Assembly (NCBI GenBank): GCA_041499395.1
Contig: JBGQKH010000002.1
Location: 1-53,349, forward strand
Origin: Candidatus Limnocylindria bacterium
GTDB taxonomy: Bacteria; Chloroflexota; Limnocylindria; QHBO01
DNA length: 53,349 bases
Direction of reading: 5' to 3'
This document shows positions 8,443-16,235 of the stretch, piece after piece. The notes under the pieces are model-generated. The model was not told the DNA's origin. It searched no databases and saw nothing but the letters and a program-made list of their open reading frames with translations. Position 1 is the first letter of the stretch; the number at the start of each line of letters is the position of its first letter. Position numbers and translations under genes: made by a program.

Positions 8443-11400
8443 TCATCGAACGGCGTCGGGGCAGATCTCACGGAACGGGCAGTAGCCGCATCGTGTGGGC
8501 GACGGGTTCGCATCGAATCGCCCCGCACGAATCCCCTCCGCCGCGGTCGCGACCTGCTCGCTGGCGCGCGCCAGGCGCCTGGGGCTTGCGCTGCTGTGCC
8601 CCTCGATCCCAAGCTCGAGGAAGTGGAGGGCAAGGTCGTCGGGCGGGCGTCCGTGCTGCGCCTCCCAGGCGAGGCCGTAGATCGCCAGCTGGAGCGACTC
8701 GCGCGCCCGTCGGGCCGCGGTGGCGGGGTCGCGCACGTCGCTCGACTTGTAGTCGGTGATCGTGACGCGGCCGGCGGCGTCGGTGTCGACCCGATCGAAG
8801 CGGCCCCGCACGCGGTCACGCCCGAAGGGCACCACGAACTCGAGCTCGACGGCGGTGGGTGGGGCCGGATCGGCCTGCTGGCTGGTCCAGAAGCGCTCGA
8901 GCGCATCGCGGGCCGCCTGCCTCCGTGCCTCCTCGTGCGCCCGCGTGAGGAAGCCGGTCGACTCCCAGGCCGCGTCGAGCTCGGCGTGCAGCTCCGGCAG
9001 CGACATCGCCTGGCTCGCCATCTGGCGCCGATGGAAGGCCTGGACCGCCGCGTGAAGCGCCTTCCCGTAGACCAGCTGGTGCGAGGCGGGCGTCGGAATG
9101 CGAATCACGTGCCCGAAGCGGTACTTGGCCGGGCAGTCGAGGTAGTCGCTGACCTGGCCGTAGGAGAGGGTCAGCTGGCGATCCCCCAGCGACGGCGGGC
9201 CGGGCGTCGCTGGGCGTCGCACCGGGTGCTGGCTGCGTGCCAAGCGCTCCGCGACGCTCGGACGCAACGACTCAACCGGCGTCGCCGGGGGCAGGTCGAG
9301 GGCCTCGAGCACGAACTGGCTCATCCGGCGTGCCGTGCGCCCGCCGTAGTCGCGCGCCCAGGTGAGGAGCAGCTCCTCGCGCGCCCGGGTCATCCCGACG
9401 TAGAAGAGTCGTCGCTCCTCCGCGAGGTGATGGTCCCCCTCCGGGAGGGCCTCACGAATCAGCTCCGCCGGAAGCGGGAGCAGGTCACCGCGCGATCGCG
9501 TCGGGAAGCGGTCGTCGACGAGCCCGACCATGATCACAACGGGGAACTCGAGCCCCTTCGCCTTGTGATAGGTCAGGACGTGGACAGCGTCCCCGTCGTC
9601 GATCGCCACGTCGGCCGTCGACGGGTCGTCGCCAGCCTCGATGAGCGTGTCGAGCTGCGCGACCAGGAACGGCAGCCGGTCGTCGCGCAGGAGGGACGAC
9701 TGTCGCCGCACGATCTCGAAGAAGCGGCCCACGTTGGCGAGCCGCTCGTCGCCGCTCTGTCGCGCCTCGGCGGCGAGGCGGCCCAGGTAGCCCGATGAGG
9801 TGATGAAGTGGTAGAGCAGCTCGCCCGTGGTGCGCTCGGCGCTCATGGCGCGGTGCTGGTCGAGGCTCCCGAGGAGGCGCGCCACGACCTCGAGGGGGCG
9901 GCGGCCGAAGGGGGCTCGCTCCGGCTCGTGAGCCGCGGATCGCAGCGCCGCCTCGAGGCTGGTGCGGCGCCGGGACGCGGCGTTCAGCGCCAGCGTCACG
10001 TCGCGCGGATCGAGTCCGAAGAGCTCAGAGGTGGCGAGGTCGTAACAGCTGACCGAGTCCTCGGGGTCGTTGACTGCGCGAAGGAAGCTGACTAGCAGCC
10101 GCACTTCCGGCTGGCGGTAGAGCCCCGCCGTGCCCGCGAAGCGCCACGGGACCCGCGCCATGTTGAGCGAGCGGAGGATCGGGTCGGCGTCGCGGTTGGT
10201 GCGCACCAAGATGGCGTGGTTGCCGGCGCGCCGGCCGGCACGCACCGAGGCGGCAACGCGCTCCGCAACGGCGTCCGCCTCATCCGAGCCCGTGTCGAAG
10301 GCGAGGAGCGTGATCGGGTCGTCCACGCCCGCCTCCTTCCGCGGATGGGCGCGGGCCATGAGCTGCTTGTCGATCCCTTCGCGCGACTCGAGCCGATCCG
10401 GATCGTTGTTCTTGATCAGGCGGTAGGCCGCGTCAAGGATCGGCTGGCGGGAGCGGAAGTTGTCGGTGAGGACCACGCGCCCGGCGCCCGGGAAGGCGGC
10501 GCGGAAGCCCAGGATGTTCGAGAGGGCGGCCCCTCGGAAGCGGTAGATGCTCTGGTCGTCGTCGCCGACCACGGTCAGGTTGGCCGTCGGCGAGCCGGCA
10601 AGGAGCTCGACCAGCTCGAACTGCGCGTGGTTCGTGTCCTGGAACTCGTCGACGAGGATGTACCGATAGCGCTGCCGTTCCGCTGCGAGGACGGCAGGGT
10701 GATCCCGCAGCAGGTCGAGCGCGAGGCCCACCTGGTCGCCAAAGTCGATCCGATCGGTGCGGCGCATGAGCTGCTGGTAGGCGGCGTAGCAGGCCGACAG
10801 CTCGGCCTGCCCCGCCGCCTCCTCGGCCAGGGCTGCGTCGTCGGGCGAGGCCGAGGCCGCGGCTGCCAGGGCACCGGCCCAGGCACGGTAGGCTGCCGGA
10901 GGGACATCCTCGTCGCGCGCGCGGCTGATGAGCGTCACGAGCGCCTGGAGGAAGCGCGTCGGGTCACCGAGCGGACGGTAACGGTCGAGGGGAAGCTCGA
11001 AGAGGTGCTCGCGCAGGAAGATCACCTGCTCGGCGCGCGAGAGGACGGTCGATCGATCCGAGAGGCCCGCCTCGAGGGCGTGGTCGCGGAGCAGCCGATC
11101 TCCCCACGCGTGGAAGGTGCTGATCACCGTATCGGTGTAGCCGTACGGGACGAGCCGGTCGACGCGCTCCGTCATCTCCAGCGCAGCCCGATCCGTGAAG
11201 GTGAGCGCGAGGATCTCGGACGGCTTCGCCCGCTTCTCGGCGATGAGCCAGGCGATGCGACGCGTGATGACCGTCGTCTTGCCGGTCCCTGCGCCCGCGA
11301 CGATCAGGAGGGGCCCGTCGCCGTGGGTCACCGCCTTGCGCTGGCGAGGGGTGAGGTCGGCCAGGAGCGGGGGCTGGACTCGGAGGTGTGGACGAGGTGC

Positions 11401-11499
11401 CGGCCGCGACGGGGCGACCAGCTCCTCGAAGATCGGGATCTGGTTCGGGGAGGGAACCACCGCTGGCATCTCCCCGATGGTAGCCGAGGTGCCGTTCAC
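8443..11499 (-). CDS. UvrD/Rep-family SF1 helicase fused to a C-terminal Cas4/AddB-type PD-(D/E)XK nuclease with a Cys4 (Fe-S) cluster
   Basis: Helicase motifs AGAGTGKTTVIT (I), ILVDEFQDTN (II) and VLTYHKAKGLEFPVV (V/VI region). Nuclease part: YLDCPAKYRF ... ITDYKSS ... LQLAIYGL ... RCGYCPFREICP. Confidence 0.9.
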   Translation of the reverse strand: MNGTSATIGEMPAVVPSPNQIPIFEELVAPSRPAPRPHLRVQPPLLADLTPRQRKAVTHGDGPLLIVAGAGTGKTTVITRRIAWLIAEKRAKPSEILALTFTDRAALEMTERVDRLVPYGYTDTVISTFHAWGDRLLRDHALEAGLSDRSTVLSRAEQVIFLREHLFELPLDRYRPLGDPTRFLQALVTLISRARDEDVPPAAYRAWAGALAAAASASPDDAALAEEAAGQAELSACYAAYQQLMRRTDRIDFGDQVGLALDLLRDHPAVLAAERQRYRYILVDEFQDTNHAQFELVELLAGSPTANLTVVGDDDQSIYRFRGAALSNILGFRAAFPGAGRVVLTDNFRSRQPILDAAYRLIKNNDPDRLESREGIDKQLMARAHPRKEAGVDDPITLLAFDTGSDEADAVAERVAASVRAGRRAGNHAILVRTNRDADPILRSLNMARVPWRFAGTAGLYRQPEVRLLVSFLRAVNDPEDSVSCYDLATSELFGLDPRDVTLALNAASRRRTSLEAALRSAAHEPERAPFGRRPLEVVARLLGSLDQHRAMSAERTTGELLYHFITSSGYLGRLAAEARQSGDERLANVGRFFEIVRRQSSLLRDDRLPFLVAQLDTLIEAGDDPSTADVAIDDGDAVHVLTYHKAKGLEFPVVIMVGLVDDRFPTRSRGDLLPLPAELIREALPEGDHHLAEERRLFYVGMTRAREELLLTWARDYGGRTARRMSQFVLEALDLPPATPVESLRPSVAERLARSQHPVRRPATPGPPSLGDRQLTLSYGQVSDYLDCPAKYRFGHVIRIPTPASHQLVYGKALHAAVQAFHRRQMASQAMSLPELHAELDAAWESTGFLTRAHEEARRQAARDALERFWTSQQADPAPPTAVELEFVVPFGRDRVRGRFDRVDTDAAGRVTITDYKSSDVRDPATAARRARESLQLAIYGLAWEAQHGRPPDDLALHFLELGIEGHSSASPRRLARASEQVATAAEGIRAGRFDANPSPTRCGYCPFREICPDAVR

Positions 11500-11517
11500 G
11501 GGACGCTTATCGCCCGC

Positions 11518-12147
11518 TTACCGGACACCTCGTCTGTCGCGGTCGGCCGCGCGCCGGCCGAGGATCGCCTCGGCATGACGACGCGTCGTTCCGAGCGCAT
11601 CCCGCACGCCTCGTACGGAGAGCGCCGCCTCTCCATCGAGGCGATCCAGGTCGGCGTTGATCGTCGCCCAGGTGGCGAGCGGGTAATCGATCCGCGGCCC
11701 CACCGCGACGAGCTGCCCCGCAGCGCGCAGCTGGTCGAGGAGCGCGGACGGGACTCCGAGCCGAACGGCAACCGATTCGGCGGGCGGCGGCGTCATGCCG
11801 CCCGCCGCCAGCGTCGCGATCAGCTGATCGACCCGCTCCCGCATGACAGGATCGAGGACCTGGGCGAGCCCGGGGAGGCTCACGCGGTGCCCGTCTCGCC
11901 GCAGCACGTCGGACGCCACGAGCTCGTCGACCACGACGCGCAGCTCGCCATCGGACAGAGTCAGCGGCTGCCGACCCCGATGGCTGCTCGGCCTTGCGGG
12001 ATCGGCAGCGCGCAGCTCCGAGATCAATCGGTCGACCCGCACGTCATTGCGAAGCGGCTCACGACGTTGCATGCGTCGCAGGACATCGAGCAGGCGGCGC
12101 TCCGCCAGCCTCCGCTGGGCGGGATCGATCGGGGCCCCGGCTTCCAA
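11518..12147 (-). CDS. winged-helix protein resembling the C-terminal WH domains of SelB
   Basis: The C-terminal ...LSVRGVRDALGTTRRHAEAILG... resembles the last SelB winged helix. Start set to TTG 12147, just after the DUF4446 stop; the Arg/Ser-rich part of track ORF 11518..12288 overlaps the upstream gene. Start and family are both uncertain. Confidence 0.5.
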   Translation of the reverse strand: MEAGAPIDPAQRRLAERRLLDVLRRMQRREPLRNDVRVDRLISELRAADPARPSSHRGRQPLTLSDGELRVVVDELVASDVLRRDGHRVSLPGLAQVLDPVMRERVDQLIATLAAGGMTPPPAESVAVRLGVPSALLDQLRAAGQLVAVGPRIDYPLATWATINADLDRLDGEAALSVRGVRDALGTTRRHAEAILGRRAADRDRRGVR

Positions 12148-12154
12148 GGCCGGC

Positions 12155-12691
12155 CTAGTCCACCGACGGGATCGGCTTCGCTCCCTCGACCGCGATCCGG
12201 ATCGCCTCTGCCTCCTCTTGCGAGAGGGCGTGCGACGACTCGCCACCTTCAACCGGCTTGGCGAAGACGCGGGTCTGCCCTCGCCCATGCAGGCTGCTCA
12301 GCACGATCCCATCTCGCCGGTCATCCAGGAAGGCGATCGCGAAGCTCTGATCCGAGCCGGTGTCATCGAACGGGTTGAAACGCACCAGGCCGACGTGCTG
12401 GAGGCTGCCTCGCGAGCGGACCTCCAGGTACTCGTGCAGCTGGGAGAGCCGTTCGAGCTGTGCGCCCACCTCGACCACCTTGCCGAGGTGCGCGTCGAGC
12501 ACCTGCTGGAGCGACCCGCCCTGGCCGTCGCTGACCAGGCTGCGGTAGGCGTCGGTCGCACGTCGCAGGCGTCGCGCCTGGATCCAGGCGAAGGCGGTGA
12601 GGCCGGTGATGAGGGCTCCGAGCACCCCGACGACGAGCGCCAGGTTGTCCACGAGGGCGCGATTCAGGTCGGACACGGGCGCTGGTATCAT
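12155..12691 (-). CDS. DUF4446 family protein (N-terminal TM, C-terminal conserved domain)
   Basis: HVGLVRFNPFDDTGSDQSFAIAFLDDRRDGIVLSSLHGR... is the characteristic DUF4446 core. N-terminal TM LALVVGVLGALITGLTAFAWI. Confidence 0.78.
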   Translation of the reverse strand: MIPAPVSDLNRALVDNLALVVGVLGALITGLTAFAWIQARRLRRATDAYRSLVSDGQGGSLQQVLDAHLGKVVEVGAQLERLSQLHEYLEVRSRGSLQHVGLVRFNPFDDTGSDQSFAIAFLDDRRDGIVLSSLHGRGQTRVFAKPVEGGESSHALSQEEAEAIRIAVEGAKPIPSVD

Positions 12692-12734
12692 ACCCGCCCC
12701 GATTCGCCCGCCAGCAGCTCACCACGGAGGTTCG

Positions 12735-13106
12735 ATGGCCCGACGAGGCGGCAAGGCGGCCAACCGCCGCGACCGTAACCGACGCGCACAGCGCAAGGCG
12801 CCCCTGCGCCCGGCGGTCCCGCAGCGCCCGACCGGCGGCTCCCTCTCGGATGCGATCGACGCCGCCGCCGAGCGACGCGCCGAGGCCGCCCCGGCCCGCG
12901 CCGCCGCCCCGGCGCCAACGAGGGGTGCGCGATCGGATCCGCGCTTCGCAGTCGCCGGCCCGTCGCGCCTTTCCGAGCGCGCTGCGTCGGAGTACCACTA
13001 CGTGATCCGGGACCTGCGCAACATCGCCGTCCTGGTGGTCGCGATGGGCGTCGTCCTCGTTGGCGCGGTGGTCGGCTTCTCCGCGATGGGGATCGGCCCG
13101 CACTGA
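12735..13106 (+). CDS. small basic protein with a C-terminal membrane anchor (123 aa)
   Basis: GGAGG Shine-Dalgarno 5 nt before ATG 12735. EYHYVIRDLRNIAVLVVAMGVVLVGAVVGF tail. The upstream part of track ORF 12597..13106 was discarded. Confidence 0.55.
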   Translation: MARRGGKAANRRDRNRRAQRKAPLRPAVPQRPTGGSLSDAIDAAAERRAEAAPARAAAPAPTRGARSDPRFAVAGPSRLSERAASEYHYVIRDLRNIAVLVVAMGVVLVGAVVGFSAMGIGPH

Positions 13107-13131
13107 TCCACGAAGGGCGTGCGAAAACCCA

Positions 13132-13160
13132 TTGCAAGCCCCGGCGCCGCTGGCTAGACT
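13132..13160 (+). promoter_or_regulatory. sigma70-type promoter TTGCAA-17 nt-TAGACT firing into a gene-free interval
   Basis: TTGCAA at 13132-13137 and TAGACT at 13155-13160, with an exact 17-nt spacer. It lies 26 nt after the stop of the preceding CDS, and no plausible CDS follows. Confidence 0.5.
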
Positions 13161-13165
13161 CCGCG

Positions 13166-13712
13166 ATGCCGCCCTCACGGCCCGCAAGGTCGTAATCAGG
13201 GGGCGGACGGTACGGAGTCCCGCGGTGACGATTCTGTCGCTCACCCCGAGCCTCCGCCGGGTGCAGGTGAAGTAGGAGGCGGGGATAAGCTCCCGCCCCA
13301 GAGCGTGGCAGGCAGTCTGCCTCCGCCGGAGCGACGCGAGCGAGCCGCAAGCTCGATCGGTCGGCGCTCAGGATCGTTACGGAGAAAAGGGCCAGTCACG
13401 CGAAGGCGACGATCGGGACCGGCCGCGCGCCCTTCGGGGAGCGTCAGAAATCCGATCGGGCCGGCCTACGGCTCCAGGTTCAGTGGCGTGGGAACCACTG
13501 GGCGACTCTGTCAAACGAGGAGTCGCGAAGACCAGCTTGACGGGCACCAGGTGCCAGAGGTCCGAACCGCTTGAGCGGACCCGAGGTTCCAGGAGGTCGG
13601 TCAGGTGAGGCGTCCGAGGTCCGTTCGTCGCCGCCGGCTTACCACCGAACGCTGATGTGCGAACCGAGAGGGTCTGAGGGTCCGTGCGAGATAGGGACCT
13701 TCGGACCCTCAC
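13166..13712 (+). ncRNA. candidate unassigned structured RNA (~545 nt), family unknown
   Basis: The predicted TSS lies just after the promoter above. Many stable local hairpins: a UUCG-capped stem at 13430-13439, and 7-bp stems at 13410-13416/13452-13458 and 13502-13508/13520-13526. Further stems at 13481-13486/13495-13500 and CCGC-UUGA-GCGG at 13567-13578. The interval ends in a 9-bp stem at 13675-13683/13703-13711. No credible ORF, and no RNase P, tmRNA, SRP or B12-box signature found by eye. Confidence 0.35.
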
Positions 13713-13743
13713 GTCATTCCTGGGCCACGCCATTCCTGGGCGG

Positions 13744-14916
13744 CTAGTGGCTGGACGCGGGCAGGTCCACCCCCTCCAACCCGAGCCACGCGGCCAGCGC
13801 CTCCAGCTCAGACTCCACCGCATCGGCGATCGCGCGCGTGAAGTGGACATCGTGGTGGATGGCGTGGACGAGGAGCCGGGACCGCTTGCGGTCCGCGATC
13901 GCATCCACCTTGCCGACGAGCCGATCGTGGTGCAGCACCGGGAGCGCGAAGTAGCCCCATCGTCGCTTGGCCGGGGGCTTGTACATCTCCAGCACGTACT
14001 CGAAGTCGAAGAGGTCGACCGCGCGGGCACGGTCGTAGACCAGGCGATCGAATGGCGACAGCAGCGCCGTGCGCCCTTCGAAGGGCTTGCCGATGGCCTC
14101 GGGATCCACGCGCCACTGTCCCGGGACGCCCTCGACGGTCACCGGCTCGCCAGCGGCGCCGACCACGTTGGGCTCGAGCGGGACGGCGGTCCCCCGCGCG
14201 CGGGCGATGCCGAGTGACCGCAGCCGCCGTTCGTCGCGGATCCGGCGCGCCTCGTCAAGTGGCACGACCCTGGTGCCGGCGGGATAGACCCGCTCGGGCA
14301 CGTCCCACAGGCGCTGGCGCCCGACGCGACCCGCGATGGCGACCTCGCCGCGCGCCATGAGGAACTCCAGCATCTGGGTGACGTTCCGGTCATTCGTCCA
14401 ACCCGTTGACGGCCACGCCACCTGGCTCGTGTCGGGGATGTCGCGGGACAGGAGCGGTCCGGAGGCGCGGAGCCGATCGATCACGTCGCGACGAAATCGG
14501 TCATTCGCCCGCAACCAGTCGCGCTGCTTTTCGTAGCTGGGGAAGGTTGCCATCTCGGCCAGGTGCAGCCCGAGATCCTCCATCGGCCGGATGATCGCGT
14601 TGTGCTCGAAGAGCTCGCGGTCCGCTTCCAGGGCCTGCTGCAGCAGCGCCGGCAGATAGGCCGATCCGAGGCGACTCCAGGCGACCAGGTCGGCGCTCGG
14701 TGCAATGGCGGCCGTCGGGTCGATCTGGAGGATCGTCAGCTGGCGCACGACCGTGAGCAGGTCGGTCGGTCGAGGCGCGTCGAGCATCTGGGCGCGGACG
14801 GCGATGCGGCGAGCATCCGCGAGGTCGAGCCGATGGACGCCGTTACCCGTCGGCGTCCCCTTTTCTCCCTCGCCGCGCCTCGAGGCGCTGCCGCCGGAGC
14901 CGCTGAAGCCGCTCAC
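13744..14916 (-). CDS. YcaQ/AlkZ-like winged-helix DNA glycosylase family (DUF1006)
   Basis: ...FEYVLEMYKPPAKRRWGYFALPVLHHDRLVGKVDAIADRK... is typical of the YcaQ family. Start uncertain: GTG 14916 is chosen, ATG 14787 would cut the conserved N-terminal helix, and the track start is 15006. Confidence 0.75.
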   Translation of the reverse strand: MSGFSGSGGSASRRGEGEKGTPTGNGVHRLDLADARRIAVRAQMLDAPRPTDLLTVVRQLTILQIDPTAAIAPSADLVAWSRLGSAYLPALLQQALEADRELFEHNAIIRPMEDLGLHLAEMATFPSYEKQRDWLRANDRFRRDVIDRLRASGPLLSRDIPDTSQVAWPSTGWTNDRNVTQMLEFLMARGEVAIAGRVGRQRLWDVPERVYPAGTRVVPLDEARRIRDERRLRSLGIARARGTAVPLEPNVVGAAGEPVTVEGVPGQWRVDPEAIGKPFEGRTALLSPFDRLVYDRARAVDLFDFEYVLEMYKPPAKRRWGYFALPVLHHDRLVGKVDAIADRKRSRLLVHAIHHDVHFTRAIADAVESELEALAAWLGLEGVDLPASSH

Positions 14917-16201
14917 CGATCTGCGTCTCGAGCCCCTGGTCACTGGGCTCGTAGAACACGCGTCCGGCCAGGGCGTCGGGCAGGTACTGCTGCTCAACGT
15001 CGGCATCCTCGAAGTCGTGCGGGTAGCGGTACCCCTTCCCGTAGCCGTGCTCCTTTGCCAGGCGGCGGTGCGCGGATGGGCGAAGGTGCAACGGGACCGG
15101 CAGCCTCCCCTTCTCCTCGACCTCGGCCAGGGCCGCGAAATAGGCGGCGCCGGCCCGGTTCGACTTCGGCGCCGATGCGATGTAGGCGGCCGCCTGCGCC
15201 AGGGCGTACTGCGCCTCCGGCAGGCCGATCATCTCGACCGCCTGCATCGCCGCCACCGCGACCTGGAGCGCTCGCGGGTCCGCGTTGCCGACGTCCTCGC
15301 TGGCGGCGATCACGATCCGCCGCGCGATGAAGGTCGGGTCCTCCCCCGCCGCGACCATGCTGGCGCACCAGTAGAGGGCGGCATCTGGATCGTTGCCGCG
15401 CATGCTCTTGATGAAGGCCGATGCCGCTTCGTAGTGCTGGTCGCCGACCCGGTCGTAGGCGAGCAGCCGCTGCTGCGCCGCCTCGGCGATCGCGTCGCGG
15501 GTCAGCGAGCCGGACTCCCCCGCCACCGCGGCGGCCGCCTCCAGGATGTTGAGCGCCTGGCGGGCGTCGCCGCTCGACAGCTCCAGCAGCGCGGTCATGC
15601 CCTCCTCGGCGACGGCGACTCGACCTGCGAGTCCACGCTCGTCGGCGAGCGCCCGCAGCACGATCTCGCGCACCTCGTCGGGACCGTGCGGCTCGAGGCG
15701 GTAGACCCGCAGCCGGGAAAGCAGCGGAGAGTTGATCTCGTAGTAGGGATTTTCGGTGGTTGCGCCGATCAGCACGATGGTGCCGTCCTCCACGTGCGGC
15801 AGGAGCGCGTCCTGCTGGCTCTTGTTGAACCGATGCAGCTCGTCGATGAAAACGACCGTCCGTCCCCCCGCCTGGCGCAGCGCCTTCGCGTCGGCGACCA
15901 GCGCCCGGATGTCCGCCACGCCGCTGGTGACCGCGGAGATGGGGCGCCACGTTCCGCCGGAGCGATCGGCGAGGAGCCGGGCGAGCGTCGTCTTGCCGGA
16001 GCCGGGCGGCCCCCACAGGACCATGCTCGGGGCGTAGCCGGGCTGCACGACGCGGGTGAGGGCGCCATCGGGCCCGACCAGGTGGTCCTGCCCGACGAAC
16101 TCCTCGAGGCTGCGGGGTCGCATCCGGGCCGCGAGCGGGGCTCCGGCCTCGGGCGCATCGACGAAGAGGGGCTCGGTGACGCTCGGCGGCTTACGCGGCA
16201 T
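14843..16201 (-). CDS. rarA: replication-associated recombination protein A (AAA+ ATPase)
   Basis: LARMRPRSLEEFVGQDHL, Walker A WGPPGSGKTTLARLLA, VVFIDELHRFNK, and the MgsA C-terminal domain YDRVGDQHY...SAFIKSMRGSD-like. Start taken at MPRKPP (16201), with GGAG 7 nt upstream. Confidence 0.9.
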   Translation of the reverse strand: MPRKPPSVTEPLFVDAPEAGAPLAARMRPRSLEEFVGQDHLVGPDGALTRVVQPGYAPSMVLWGPPGSGKTTLARLLADRSGGTWRPISAVTSGVADIRALVADAKALRQAGGRTVVFIDELHRFNKSQQDALLPHVEDGTIVLIGATTENPYYEINSPLLSRLRVYRLEPHGPDEVREIVLRALADERGLAGRVAVAEEGMTALLELSSGDARQALNILEAAAAVAGESGSLTRDAIAEAAQQRLLAYDRVGDQHYEAASAFIKSMRGNDPDAALYWCASMVAAGEDPTFIARRIVIAASEDVGNADPRALQVAVAAMQAVEMIGLPEAQYALAQAAAYIASAPKSNRAGAAYFAALAEVEEKGRLPVPLHLRPSAHRRLAKEHGYGKGYRYPHDFEDADVEQQYLPDALAGRVFYEPSDQGLETQIGERLQRLRRQRLEARRGRKGDADG

Positions 16202-16220
16202 GGGTCGGCTCCATCGGCCG

Positions 16221-16228
16221 ATTATGAT
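16221..16228. promoter_or_regulatory. overlapping divergent -10 elements (ATTATGAT / ATCATAAT) between rarA and the aminotransferase gene
   Basis: Plus strand: TATGAT at 16223-16228, then 7 nt, then ATG 16236 (leaderless type). Minus strand: CATAAT at 16221-16226, then 19 nt containing GGAG, then ATG 16201. Confidence 0.35.
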
Positions 16229-16235
16229 GCCCGCC

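Noticed and set aside
7998-8906. 302-aa minus-strand ORF spanning two gene boundaries
   Set aside because: It overlaps out of frame the membrane protein gene and the 3' end of the helicase-nuclease gene. The product is Ser/Arg/Pro low-complexity.
8596-12378. Long plus-strand ORFs 8596..9798 and 10216..12378
   Set aside because: Antisense to the UvrD/Cas4-type helicase-nuclease and the WH and DUF4446 genes. No recognisable motifs, and the same GC-driven artefact.
13566-13651. Short Arg-rich ORF (GTG 8 nt after AGGAGG, 16 codons) inside the non-coding interval
   Set aside because: An extremely basic 16-residue product with no supporting conservation evidence. The AGGAGG is more likely part of RNA structure.
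13107-13743. Possibility that the interval is RNase P RNA, tmRNA, SRP RNA, a cobalamin riboswitch or a decayed gene
   Set aside because: I scanned both strands by eye for GGAAAGUCCGG and ACAGAAnCCGGCUUA. I also looked for a tmRNA 5' GGGG...UUCGAC with a 3' T-arm-CCACCA, for GGAAGCAGC, and for the B12 box. None is present, and the translations of all six frames are non-protein-like. It is kept only as an unassigned RNA candidate, because a covariance-model search is still needed.
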